This document shows positions 1-11,804 of a DNA stretch of 64,000 nt, in pieces. The stretch is from positions 496,001 to 560,000 of the forward strand of contig CP089278.1 of the NCBI GenBank assembly GCA_023920165.1. Direction: 5' to 3'. This DNA is from Curvularia clavata (Eukaryota). The notes below the pieces were generated by a model. That model was given only the letters and a program-made list of their open reading frames with translations, was not told the DNA's origin and ran no database searches. A program made the position numbers and the translations under genes. Position 1 is the first letter of the stretch. Each line of letters opens with the position of its first letter.

Positions 1-839
1 GGCAGCGGCGGGTTTGTGCTGGCTACCGTTGCTCCTTCTGTTTTTGCTAACAGCTTTCCACCGCACAGACCCCGGCCTAGCGCGTCCTATCACCTCGCGT
101 GCGCCGTGGCTGGACCTCACCATGTCTTCATCTCTCACTCTCACTCCGCACCCAGCGCTGCGTTTGTGCAGCTCGGCCTCCTTTCACCTTCTTTGCAGCC
201 CCATGGCCGCCCCTTACACACCATTGTCCCATTGGCATCGTCCCTTGTTCGCACAGTAGCCAGCGCCGCTATACTGCTCGCTCTGGCTTCGCTATGGCAT
301 CGCTGTGGCAGCTGTCTAACTGCATCCCCTTTCCCGAGTGAACACCGCCGTTCCCATTATTCCAGACCTGCTGCATCGACTATGCGCCTTGTCCAAACTA
401 CAGGTCAATCGCCATTCGGCATTGATGTCGCTGTAGAAGCACCGCCTACGCTATAAGCTATACACCTAACCTCGCCGTCTCTGTAAAATTTGCTCGCGTA
501 ACAGGTCATAGCTTCACATAGCAAAAGCATGCGCCCTTGCACAGGAAGAGGCCATTCTTGTCCAATGCCTTGGCACATGGTTGTGGTTGCAGTGCTGCAC
601 CCAAGGAGCCTCTGGTGGAAGCCATAGCTTCTCCGGCAGCACGCCGTCGTCATTGGCTGGCCGGGTGGCTTACCTAATTTGCTGGACCCTGAGACTAGCG
701 TAAAAAAAGTTCCCATCCCCACCTCCAAAATGTGCGACACAGCGCTCTTCCTCCCCAACTGTCAATATTGGTCTGCGCGGTTCTGCGAGAGACCACCACA
801 GGCAAGCTTTCTACATACACCCACTGTGAGAGCGCCGCC

Positions 840-3800
840 ATGGACGAGCAACAGTTTGTCCAGCTCCTCGAGAGCCTCCTCGAGCGTGAGTTACCCTGCC
901 CCGCCTAGCCACAGTACCCGTCTGACAATTTTCCAGCCGACACGGAGCGTGTCAAAAACGCCACCTCGACCTTGAACAAGAACTACTACACCTCTCCGGC
1001 TTCTCTCAACGCCCTGCTTCAGATTCTCTCTGGCCACCCAAAGCCTCAGTTGCGCCAATTGGCTGCTGTCGAGGCAAGGAAGCTCGTGACCAGGCACTGG
1101 GCAAACCTTCCCACCGACCAGAAGCCTTCTCTCCGCAACCAGGTCTTCCAGGCTACGCTGAATGAGGATGTCACCCTCACCCGCCACTCGGCTGCCCGCG
1201 TCATCGCTGCCATCGCATCCATCGACTTCGAAGATGGCGAGTGGGCTGACCTCCCTGGATACCTCCAGCAGGCTGCTACCAGCTCCAACGTTCGTCACCG
1301 TGAGGTTGGCACATACATCATCTTCACGACCCTCGAGTCTGTAGGCGATTCCTTCCCTGGCAAGACTGCCGATCTTTACACCCTTTTTGGCACCACCATC
1401 CAAGACCCAGAGAGTGTAGAGGTCAGGATCAACACCATGCTTGGTCTCAGCCGCCTGGCCATGCTCTTGGAGCCTGAGGAGGACCCCAAGTCGCTTGCCC
1501 TGTTCCAGCAGTCCATTCCCGCCATGGTCAACGTCCTCAAGGCTACCGTTGACGAGGGTGATGAGGACCGTGCCATGCAGGCTTTCGAAGTCTTCCAGAC
1601 TCTACTCGGCTGCGAGTCCGCCCTGTTGGCAAAGCACTTTGGCGACCTCGTCAAATTCATGCTGGAGCTGTCTTCGAGCACCAATGTCGAGGATGACTAC
1701 CGCTCCCAGGCGCTTGCTTTCCTCATGCAATGTGTCCGTTACAGGAGACTCAAGATCCAGGGCCTAAGGATCGGAGAGGAGCTCACCCTCAAGGCTCTGC
1801 ACATTGTCACCGAGCTGGGCGATCTGTCCAGCGACGATGAGGATGTCACTCCTGCTCGCTCAGCTCTTGGCCTCCTCGATATTCTCGCTTCCAGCCTACC
1901 CCCAAGCCAAGTTGTCATTCCTCTGCTCAAGAACCTCGGCCAATACTTCCAGTCACAAAACCCCGACTACCGTCAAGCTGCTATCTTGGCTCTGGGTATG
2001 TGTGTCGAGGGCGCACCCGACTTCATTGCCACTCAGCTCCACGAGATCCTGCCTATGGTGCTTCACCTGCTCGAGGACCCTGAGCTCAAGGTCCGCGCTG
2101 CCGCTCTCAACGGTGTTGCACGCCTGGCTGATGACCTTGCCGAGGATGTCGGCAAGGAGCATGCCCGCCTCATTCCTGCTATGATCAAGAACTTCGATCT
2201 TGCCGCCAACAACCTGCAAAACACGGAAGATGAGCGCAGTCTCTCTATCGTCCGCGGCAGCTGCCACGCCATCGACTCTCTTATCGAGGGTTTGGAGCCT
2301 GAGGATGCTGCCAAATACGTTCCTGAGCTCGTCCCCCGTTTCAGCAAGCTTTTCCACCACGAGGACCTCAAGGTCAAGAGCGCTGCTATCGGCGCTGTTG
2401 GCTCCATTGCCTCTGCTGCTGAGAAGGCGTTCATTCCTTTCTTTGAACAGACCATGAACGATCTCTCGCCATATGTGAGAATTAAGAGCAGCCAAGACGA
2501 GCTTGACCTTCGCGGTGTCACTTGCGATTCCATGGGCAAGATGGCTTCTGCCGTTGGCCCTGGACCATTTGAGCCTTTTGTTCTCCCACTCATGGAGGCT
2601 TCCGAGGAGGCCTTGCATCTCGACCATCCCCGCCTCAGGGAGACTAGTTACATCTTGTGGAGCACCATGGCCAAGGTGTACGAAGAGCAGTTTGCCAAAT
2701 ACCTCCCTGGCGCTGTCAAGGGACTGCAGGACTGCCTCGAGCAAGAGGAAACCGGTCTCGACGTTGAGTTGGGTGAGGAAGCCGCCGAATTGGCCGGGTC
2801 TGAGGTTATCATTCAAGGTCGCAAGATCAAGGTCGCAGTACCTGATGATGACGACGATGGTAGCGATCTTAACGAGGCTGCCATGGACGACAGTGACGAC
2901 GATGATGACTGGGACGACCTGGAAGGCGTCAGTGCTGTCGCCATGGAGAAGGAAATTGCTGCCGAAGTTTATGGAGATATCATCACTCACACTCGCCGCG
3001 AATATATTCCTTACATGGAGGCTACTGTCACGAAGCTGCTGGAGCTTGTAGACCACTCGTATGAGGGCATCCGCAAGGCTGCGCTTGGTACGCTGTGGCG
3101 CACATACGCCTGCCTCTTCGGCATGGCAGAGGGCGATGGCATGGCCAAGTGGCAGCCTGGTCTGCCTCTTGCTGTCGAACCACCAGAAGAGCTCAGGAAG
3201 CTGGCCAACCTGGTCATGACTGCGACCATGTCTGTCTGGCAAGACGAAATGGACCGGTATGTATTCTTTATTTTTCTCTCACACTTTGCAAAGATGACAA
3301 CACATTCGTTAATCCCAGCTCACTCCGATGCACAAAGTGCACTTGAGGTGAAAGCGATTCTACTTCTGAGCTATTTTTACACCAACCGATATTTGTTTAT
3401 TCATATCTGAGAATGCTGCTAACGCCGTTCAGGGGCACCGTCACCGATATCAACCGTGATGTCGCTGCTACTCTCAAGCTGTGCGGACCTGCGGTCTTGC
3501 TGACTGAGAACGGCACCGTGGTACCGGACATGTGCCAGCACTTGCTTGCTGTCATTACCAAGCGTCACCCTTGCCAGCAAGACCTTGGTGATGAGGGTGA
3601 TGAGGACATCTTTGATGAGTCTTCAGAGTATGACTGGCTTGTCATCGAGACAGCATTGGAGGCTGTCACATGCCTCTCTGTTGCCCTGGGCCCGCAGTTC
3701 GCCGAGCTTTGGAAGATGTTTGAGAAGCCTATTGTCAAGTACGCTAGCAGCCAAGACTCCACCGAGCGAAGCGCTGCTGTAGGAACCATTGCGGAGTGCG

Positions 3801-4318
3801 TTGGTAACATGGGCGCTGCCTGCACACCCTACACTAGCGGCCTCCTCAAGCTGCTTCTCCACCGTCTGTCCGACGAGGACCCCGAGACCAAGTCCAACGC
3901 TGTTTACGGTATGGGCTTGCTCTGCGAGATGACAACCAACGATGACGAGATCCTCAAGTCGCTCCCTACTATCTTCTCCAAGCTTGAACCTCTGCTCGGA
4001 GCACAGGACCAAGCTCGTCTGCTCGACAACACTGCAGGCTGTGTAAGCCGATTCATCAGCAAGCACCCTAGCAAGCTTCCCATTGCCGAGGTCCTGCCTC
4101 GCCTGGTGCAGCTCCTCCCCCTTCGCGAGGACTACGAGGAGAACAAGCCAGTATTCGGCATGATTGTCAAGCTGTACCAGCAAAACGAGCCTACCGTTCA
4201 GCAGCTAACTTCGCAGCTGATGCCCATCTTTGAGAAGGTGCTCAGCCCGCCGGAGGAGCAGCTGCAGGACGAGACTCGGTCGCAGCTGGTTGAGCTTGTG
4301 CAGTACCTGCGCAAGTAA
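840..4318 (+). CDS. KAP123: Importin beta-4 / karyopherin Kap123-like HEAT-repeat protein. Exons 840-885, 937-3256, 3433-4318.
   Basis: ATG at 840 in a gccgccATG context (MDEQQFVQLLESLLE). Intron 886-936 (GTGAG...CTGAC...CAG) and intron 3257-3432 (GTATGT...CTAAC...CAG) join ORFs 972-3410 and 3413-4318 in frame. Importin N-terminal region (LRQLAAVEARK), HEAT repeats, an acidic loop and a C-terminal PLREDYEEN motif. Confidence 0.93.
3288..3371 (+). ncRNA. Intronic box C/D snoRNA, probable snR71/SNORD29 homologue (guide for 25S rRNA Am2946, yeast numbering)
   Basis: Box C-like AAGATGA 3291-3297. Antisense element CCCAGCTCAC 3314-3323 is complementary to conserved LSU rRNA GUGAGCUGGG. D'-like CCGA 3325-3328, hairpin TGCAC-AAA-GTGCA, C'-like TGAGGTGA, and box D CTGA 3366-3369 about 50 nt upstream of the branch point. 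Confidence 0.75.
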
Positions 4319-5032
4319 AAAGGATTCGTTTTGCAAAAAGAGAAGGATACCCGTCGAAAGACACAAGTGATGGATTGAGGTACAAGGGGCTTGGACACGA
4401 CAGACCACGATACCATGTAGTATGAATAGACATAACTAGAATGATACAATGTTCTTGCATCAACTTTGAGAGGATGCGCAGTATGATAGGCTGAATGAGA
4501 AAGATGCCATGTCACGTGTTGGCAGTGTGACGTCCGCAAGGTGGTTTTAGCGTTGACTATGGCGGGCGCGCATGATCACGGGTGGATCGCTCCTGTTCCT
4601 GGGCGTCGCGCATTGCAGCCAGTGCAGCCAAGCGGCCGGGGGGCAGTGACGTTCATGACGCACCCCAGACAGGCTGTTAGCTTCGCGCTTCCGTCTCAAC
4701 ACACCATCACTGTTACTCTTCTCCACAACCCGCCTATTCTTCTCCCGAGCTTGCATCACTTTAAGTGTCGCATCCTCTTGCTATCATCTGTTTGTTCGCT
4801 CGCTAGTTCGACAGAGCTGCACATCCTGGTCGGTTACAAGTCCCGCAGCCGAGGACCTTCACATAGCTCTGTCCGCCACGCCGGCGCGCCTCACGCCCAC
4901 ACAACTGCACCATCGCCAACTCACACTGGTTCCGCTGGGATTGCGCATATAATACAGGGAATAGCCGCGTCGTCGCGCTCGACACACGTCGTCCGCTTGG
5001 ACTGAGGAGGTGCACAGGCGCGAAGCGTCAAC

Positions 5033-8000
5033 ATGGTGCAACAACGCACGCCGGGATGGAAAGCTATGGCATTCGGCCTGCTTTCCATCCTCGCCGGATC
5101 AGCCCTCGCCGGGCCAGATCTCACAACTAAACACGAGAGGGGAAGGTGCGCCATGAGAGGGCAGTGTGGAAAGCAGGGTTTCTTCGGCTCCGAACTGCCT
5201 TGTCCCGACAACGGTCTGGCGAAAACACCCAACAACGACCTACGCAAGAAGCTCGTAGACATTTGTGGTGTACAGTGGTCTGATTCGGATATCTGCTGCG
5301 ACGACAATCAGCTCGATGCTCTCAAGACAAACCTAGACCGTGCTACACCCATCATCAACGCCTGCCCAGCATGCAAGGAGAACTTCTACAACCTGTTCTG
5401 CACATTCACTTGTTCCCCCGATCAGTCCACGTTCGTCAACATCACTGGAACTGAGCCCAAAGGCGACAAATTCCTGGTCACAGAGTTGGACAATCTGATC
5501 TCGGACAAGTATGCGTCGACCTTCTACGACAGCTGCAAGGATGTCAAATTTGGTGCGACAAATGGCAAGGCTATGGACTTTATCGGCGGCGGCGCGAAGA
5601 ACTACACCCAGTTTCTCAAATTTCTAGGTGACAAGAAGTTCTTGGGCTCGCCCTTCCAGATCAACTTCCCACGGCCGTCAAAGGATCTCTTCCCCGGCAT
5701 GACTGCAATGGACAAGCACGCTTACCCCTGTAACACTGAAGATGAGCAATTCCGTTGTGCCTGTCTGGACTGCGGGACATCTTGCACCGAGCTTCCAGCC
5801 GTTCAAGAAGGAAAGCAATGCTACGTTGGCAAGCTGCCCTGCCTATCCTTCTCCGTGATCATCATTTACTCTTGCTTCATCGCGCTTCTGTGTGCCGCTG
5901 TGGCTGGTCATGTCGCATACCAGAAACATTCGAGACATAAGACCGAACGAATGCGTCTGTTGCAAGACACGAGCCCGAGCGACGATGAAGATGAAGGCGA
6001 TATAGTACATAATGTTGGCATGTTGGATCGCCCTACCAAGCACTACTTTGTCAACACTTGGTGCGATCGCTTGTTCAGCCGCCTCGGATACGTCTGCGCT
6101 CGGTTCCCAGCTATCACTATCTTCACTAGCTTCCTAGTAGTTGTGCTCATGAGCTTAGGCTGGTTGCGATTCCAGGTTGAGACGGATCCTGTAAACCTGT
6201 GGGTCTCACCTGATTCTGCCGCGGCCCAAGAAAAGGCTTTCTTTGATGAGAAATTTGGGCCCTTTTTCCGAGCCGAGCAAGTCTTCCTTGTGAACGACAC
6301 AGCTGAAGCTCCTGGTCCCGTTCTCAGCTACGAAACTCTTGATTGGTGGTTCGGTGTCGAGAACCAGATTCAGCGCCTGAAGTCCACCGAGCATGGCGTC
6401 ACTCTGGATCAGATCTGCTTCAAGCCAGTAGGGGATGACTGCATTGTCCAGTCCGTTACCGGCTACTTCCAAGGTGACTTTGCCAACGTCGTACGTAGCA
6501 GTTGGCAAGATGACCTTTTGCAATGTGTCGACAACCCGTCTCAATGTCTTCCCACTTTCCAACAGCCACTCGACCCCCATCTACTCTTTGGCGGTGTCGA
6601 AGAGTCGGTCCTCGACGCCAAAGCACTTGTGGTAACCTGGGTGGTAAAAAATCACCCCAAGGGCACCCCTGAAGAGCAACGGGCTATGGACTTTGAGGAC
6701 GAGATGAAGAATTATCTCAAGTTCGTGTCCGACGAGGCTACTAAGAGGGGCCTTAGGCTGAGCTTCAACACCGAAGTCAGTCTCGAACAGGAGCTGAACA
6801 AGAGCACCAATACCGACGCTAAGATCGTGGTGGTCAGCTACATCATTATGTTTTTGTACGCATCCTTGGCGCTCGGCTCAACTACACTCACTGTTCAGTC
6901 CATACTCCGCAATCCTGCAAATGCCTTGGTGCAGTCCAAGTTTTTGCTCGGCATAGTCGGTATTCTGATTGTGCTCATGTCAGTTTCCGCCTCTGTTGGA
7001 CTTTTCTCAGCAGCTGGCATCAAGGTCACATTGATTATCGCCGAGGTCATTCCCTTCCTGGTTTTGGCTGTTGGAGTCGACAACATCTTTCTCATTGTAC
7101 ATGAATTCGAGCGCATCAATATCAGCCATCCTGAGGGAACCATTCCGGAACGCGTTTCCCGAGCTCTCGGACGCATGGGACCTTCGATTCTGCTTTCTGC
7201 ACTTACGGAGACGACTGCCTTCGCTCTTGGATGTGCTGTAGGCATGCCGGCTGTTCGCAACTTTGCCGCATATGCCGCTGGAGCTGTTTTCATCAACGCA
7301 ATTCTCCAAGTCACCATGTTCATTGCTGTGCTCTCTCTCAACCAGGAACGTGTGGAATCCAATCGAGCGGATTGCTTCCCTTGCGTTCGCGTTAAGCGCG
7401 CCGATCCAGTCGGCATGGGTTTTGCAGTGGGAGAGGAAGGTGCACTGCAACGCTTCATCCGTAAGACGTATGCCCCGGCACTTCTAGGCAGAAAGACCAA
7501 GGTCGGCATCATTGCGCTGTTCTTTGGAATCTTCACCGCAGGCCTTGCCCTGTTCCCTCAAGTTGAGCTTGGCCTAGATCAGCGAATTGCTATCCCAAGC
7601 GACTCTTACCTGATTGATTACTTCAATGATCTCTATGACTATCTGGATGTCGGCCCGCCGGTTTACTTCGTCACAAAAGAGCTCAATGTCACTCAGCGAC
7701 AGCCGCAAAAGGAGCTATGCGGACGTTTCTCCACCTGTGACCGAAGCAGTCTGGCAAACATCATTGAAGCAGAACGCAAGCGTCCCGAAGTTTCGTATCT
7801 TGCAGCCTCTGCGGCCAATTGGCTCGACGACTATTTCCTATGGCTGAACCCCGAGAACGAAAAGTGTTGTGTCAACGACAAGGGCAAGCCCTGCTTCCAG
7901 GATCGTGAGCCGCCGTGGAACATGACGCTCTATGGTATGCCCGAAGGCGAAGAATTCATCAAATACTTGCAAAAGTGGATCGAGGCTCCCACCACTGAAG

Positions 8001-8908
8001 ACTGTCCAATTGGCGGAAAGGCTGCGTACTCTGACGCCTTGGTCATTGACTCTAAGCACCTCACCATCCCTGCATCCCATTTCCGCACTTCGCATACTCC
8101 GCTACGCTCTCAGAAAGATTTCATCGCTGCATACACAGCAGCGCGACGCGTATCCAAGGAGATATCAGAGGATGTCGAAGCTGAGGTATTCCCATATTCG
8201 AAGTTCTACATTTTCTTCGATCAGTATACCTCCATTGTTCGCCTAGCTGGCGCTCTAATAGGATCTGCTCTTGCGGCAGTATTTGTCATCACCACCATCA
8301 TGCTTGGTTCCATCGCTACCGGACTCATCGTCACCCTTGTAGTTGGCATGACAGTCTCCGCCATCATCGGGTCGATGGCGGTCATGGGAGTTTCTCTCAA
8401 TGCGGTGTCACTCGTCAACCTCATCATTTGCGTCGGCATTAGCGTCGAGTTCACGGCACATATTGCTCGAGCATTCACTTTCCCCAGCCGGGCAACCATG
8501 GAACGAGCACCAAGGCATCGCTTCCGAGGCCGAGATGCACGTGCATGGACGGCCATGGTCAATGTGGCGAGCAGTGTCATCAGCGGAATTACTATTACGA
8601 AGATCTTGGGTGTGGGAGTGTTGGCTTTTACTAGGAGTAAGGTATGTATCAACCCTACTTATTTCTCACGTCTGACATGGACTGACATGACTGGCTAGAT
8701 CTTCGAAATCTACTACTTCCGCGTATGGGTTGCTCTCGTTCTTTGGGCGTCTACTCACGCTCTTATTTTGCTTCCCGTCCTCCTTTCACTGGTTGGCGGC
8801 AAGGGCTATGTAGACCCTGAATCCGAAGGTGGCCTCGAGCAAGACCTCAGGCGTCGGCAGTACCCTGCGCTGCTAGCCGACGACGAAGAATACGACAGCG
8901 ACGACTAG
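5033..8908 (+). CDS. NCR1: Niemann-Pick C1-like vacuolar sterol transporter (sterol-sensing domain / Patched family). Exons 5033-8641 and 8699-8908.
   Basis: Signal peptide, Cys-rich N-terminal domain (CPACKENFYNLFCTFTCSPDQS), SSD motif EVIPFLVLAVGVDNIF and GISVEFTAHI. Intron 8642-8698 (GTATGT...CTGAC...TAG) restores ...FTRSK|IFEIYYFR... through to TAG at 8906-8908. Confidence 0.96.
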
Positions 8909-9616
8909 GAGTCTGTCTCCTACCGTGCTATTGGTCGGACATGGATCCGAATAAAGGATATAGTTAGAAAGCAATGTACATTCACTTATCGGCGCATGCT
9001 CAATTCATGGATGGTTTTTGGCGAACGGGTTTGGACCTGGTTGGGTGGAGTCGAAGACGGTCATGATAATCGGAATGATAATAGGACACAGGGATCCTTG
9101 TTGGCTGCATCTACTGCAGCTCCTCAAAGCCCAGGCTTAGCTCCCGAGCCTTCAGCTACACTTGTAGCTGCTCTCGCATCTGCAATGGGAACAACTGTTG
9201 GTCCAGGCCTATCATCTCGTTCAGAGGCCAGGGCTGCAGTGTGTACTGGTTCTCTTCCAGAGATACCCAGGTTGGAGTCTTTTCGAAGATTTGATTCACC
9301 AGTCCCCGAATCATCAACCGATGACGAGCTTTACAGGCGGCCCTGAATAGGCTAAGTTTCGTATCGTAGTACTAGCAAATATAGCTTTCATGGATTGAAC
9401 AGCACTAAAGTATGCTGCTTATGTAATGTTGCATCCTGCACCCAAGAGAACCGTGATGGCACGACTTTTAGGAAGGGAAAAAAACAAAGACGCGCAGATA
9501 TTGGTCCAATTAGCCTTCCATCAAATTTTCTCCGGTGCGCCTGTAACGCAGTCTGTAGTTGTTTCCAAGCACAGTAGCTCGAAACAGCCTGGACATTTCG
9601 GGTTGGCCACTATTGT

Positions 9617-9625
9617 TCCACCAAT
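9617..9625 (+). promoter_or_regulatory. Galacturonic-acid-responsive element (GARE, TCCnCCAAT; GaaR site)
   Basis: TCCACCAAT lies about 320 bp upstream of the ATG of a GaaD-like reductase. CreA-type CCCCAG sites are at 9844-9849 and 9865-9870. Confidence 0.6.
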
Positions 9626-9941
9626 CTCATAAGGGCATCCCACCCAAAGATTGCCAACAGGCGGGCAATGGCTGTTGAGATGTGGCATCTAGCCACCCAG
9701 TGCAATCTGTCCACCCCATGACGCAAGTCCAAGTGGATCTCACAGACAGTTTCGCGCGGAGAGACTGCTCAACTTGGAGATGCCGCCGACCTGAGGCTCG
9801 GTGACGTCTCCGACCCCTCCACCCCACCTCCGACATGTTTCCACCCCAGACTACCTTATAATAGCCCCAGACGCTCGCACTAGAATTGAGGCAAACTTTT
9901 TACTTTCTCCCCAAGATACCCCATTTAAATTGATTGCAAAA

Positions 9942-11035
9942 ATGTCTCTCGGAAGGAAGGTTACCCTCAACACCGGTGCTACCATCCCGTGAGTACCCAA
10001 ATGAAGCCCCGCGTGCTCATGACGTTTACTTACGGTTCTCGACCAGGCAATTGGGCTTTGGTACATGGCAGGCTGAGCCTGGTCAGGTTGGCGCCGCTGT
10101 CCTTGAGGCTCTCAAGGCTGGCTACCGCCACCTGGATCTCGCCAAGGTCTACGGCAACCAGAAGGAGATTGCAGATGCGCTCAAGAAGGCCTTTGGTGGT
10201 GAGGTACCCGGCCTCAAGCGCGAGGACGTCTTCATCACATCCAAGCTCTGGAACTCTCAGCACCGCCCTCAGGATGTAGCACCAGCTCTCGACGACTGCC
10301 TGGCTGAGCTCGGCCTCGACTACCTCGACCTCTACCTTGTCCACTTCCCCGTCGCTTTCGACGAGCGATCCGATGTTCACAACAACCTCTTCCCATTGGA
10401 GGGTGAGGACGTCAAGATGCTGGATGACATTTCTATTGTCAACACATGGAAGGCCATGACCCAGCTTCCCAAGGAGAAGGCCCGCGCGGTTGGTGTTTCA
10501 AACCACACCAAGGAGCACCTCCAGGCTCTGATTGACGGCACTGGCGTTGTTCCTGCTGCTAACCAGATTGAGCGCCACCCACGTCTCCTCCAGCCAGAGC
10601 TCATCCAGTACTGCAAGGAGAAGAACATTCACGTCACCGAATACTCTGTAAGCAGCGTCTCCTGTCTCGCCCGTGGCTCTACTAACTCCAATCCAGGCTT
10701 TTGGCAACAACATGCTCGGCGTCCCTCTCCTCGTCCAGCACGACACCATCAAGGAAATTGCCAGCCGCATTGGCGCTACCCCCGCACAAGTCATCCTTGC
10801 CTGGGCCCAAGTTGGTGGTCACTCGGTCATCCCCAAGTCCGTTACCGCCTCGCGCATTCAGGAGAACTTCAAGGAGATTGAGCTCTCCAAGGAGGATTTC
10901 GAGAAGGTTGAGGAGATTGGCAAGAAAGAGCCAAGGCGATTCAACATTCCTTACATTGCCAACAAGCCCAGGTGGCCTGTCAACATTTTCAATGAGCCAG
11001 AGGAGAAGGAGGCGCCACACAAGGTTATCTACTAG
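9942..11035 (+). CDS. gaaD: NADPH-dependent aldo-keto reductase, L-glyceraldehyde/L-arabinose reductase (GaaD/LarA type). Exons 9942-9988, 10047-10647, 10697-11035.
   Basis: The spliced product reads MSLGRKVTLNTGATIPQLGFGTWQ...GYRHLDLA...FITSKLWN...LDLYLVH...SAFGNN...VIPKSVT...HKVIY. It closely resembles Aspergillus GaaD/LarA as I recall it (not searched). Canonical introns at 9989-10046 and 10648-10696. Confidence 0.85.
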
Positions 11036-11804
11036 GCTGCCTGAAATAATAAGTAAAAATACTGGTTTAATAGCTTAGAAAAAAAAGATGAAGGCTAGAA
11101 ATAAGAGCTTCAGTCATGTCCAGTCCGTTGGTACTTTGCATTTGCGCTTGGCACGTGCATGCACCCTGCAGCCTAATATCCATGCGATCTAAACAGATAC
11201 AGGATCCTTATATCTTGCTGTTGAATAATTCAGACTTTATTCTTTTACCCGAGTAGGTTTCGTGGTTTCACTCACGTATTCTAGTTGAATCGATCTGATT
11301 CATGCAAGACACAGCAGGTACAAGTCTTAGGTCTATCTCATAGTAAGTCTCGGGCTCGCGTAGTTTCGCGCCGCCTCATTGCCTACAAGCACGCTCTCAT
11401 TTACATGTCTTAGTCGCCTCTGAAGCAGTACGGATACTTGTTGAATTACCCTGGTGCATCTGTTCCTGCAGCATACCTTGAGAAAGCCTCGCCCTGACGC
11501 CTCTTGAATAGTCTTATCCAATACCCGATGCATGCGCCCTCCTGTCAAGACAAAGGCTCGAATTGGGTGAGCGGCATTACATTCAAGTTGCGACTCTCCT
11601 GTCCCTGAGCTTGGCAAACCTACGAGACATGGTTGCATGTGATTGATCCAGCTCCGTCTCTGCCTAGTATAAACCAAGGAACTGGGACCAACTACCGCAT
11701 TCACTTTCTCTAAGCTCGCGCTTATATTGATATGCTAACTAGACATTAGCTCCTGGACTATCGCTTTTACACAACCACCACGTGTCTGCTGTATATCCAC
11801 TTCG

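Noticed and set aside
14..758. Overlapping short ORFs at the window start
   Set aside because: No coherent motif or splice structure; best read as promoter/UTR sequence.
891..4183. Long antisense ORFs (e.g. 1953-3242, 429 aa) over KAP123, and similar ones over NCR1, the P450, 46505 and the DUF2235 gene
   Set aside because: These are shadows of strongly codon-biased sense genes and have no recognisable protein features.
8996..9346. 116-aa plus ORF and a partly open minus frame downstream of NCR1
   Set aside because: Low-complexity, and the minus frame has stops. It cannot be distinguished from intergenic DNA without a homology search.
11226..11237. AATTCAGAC resembling RNase P RNA conserved region V
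   Set aside because: No matching CR-I/P4 partner was found upstream; likely a chance match.
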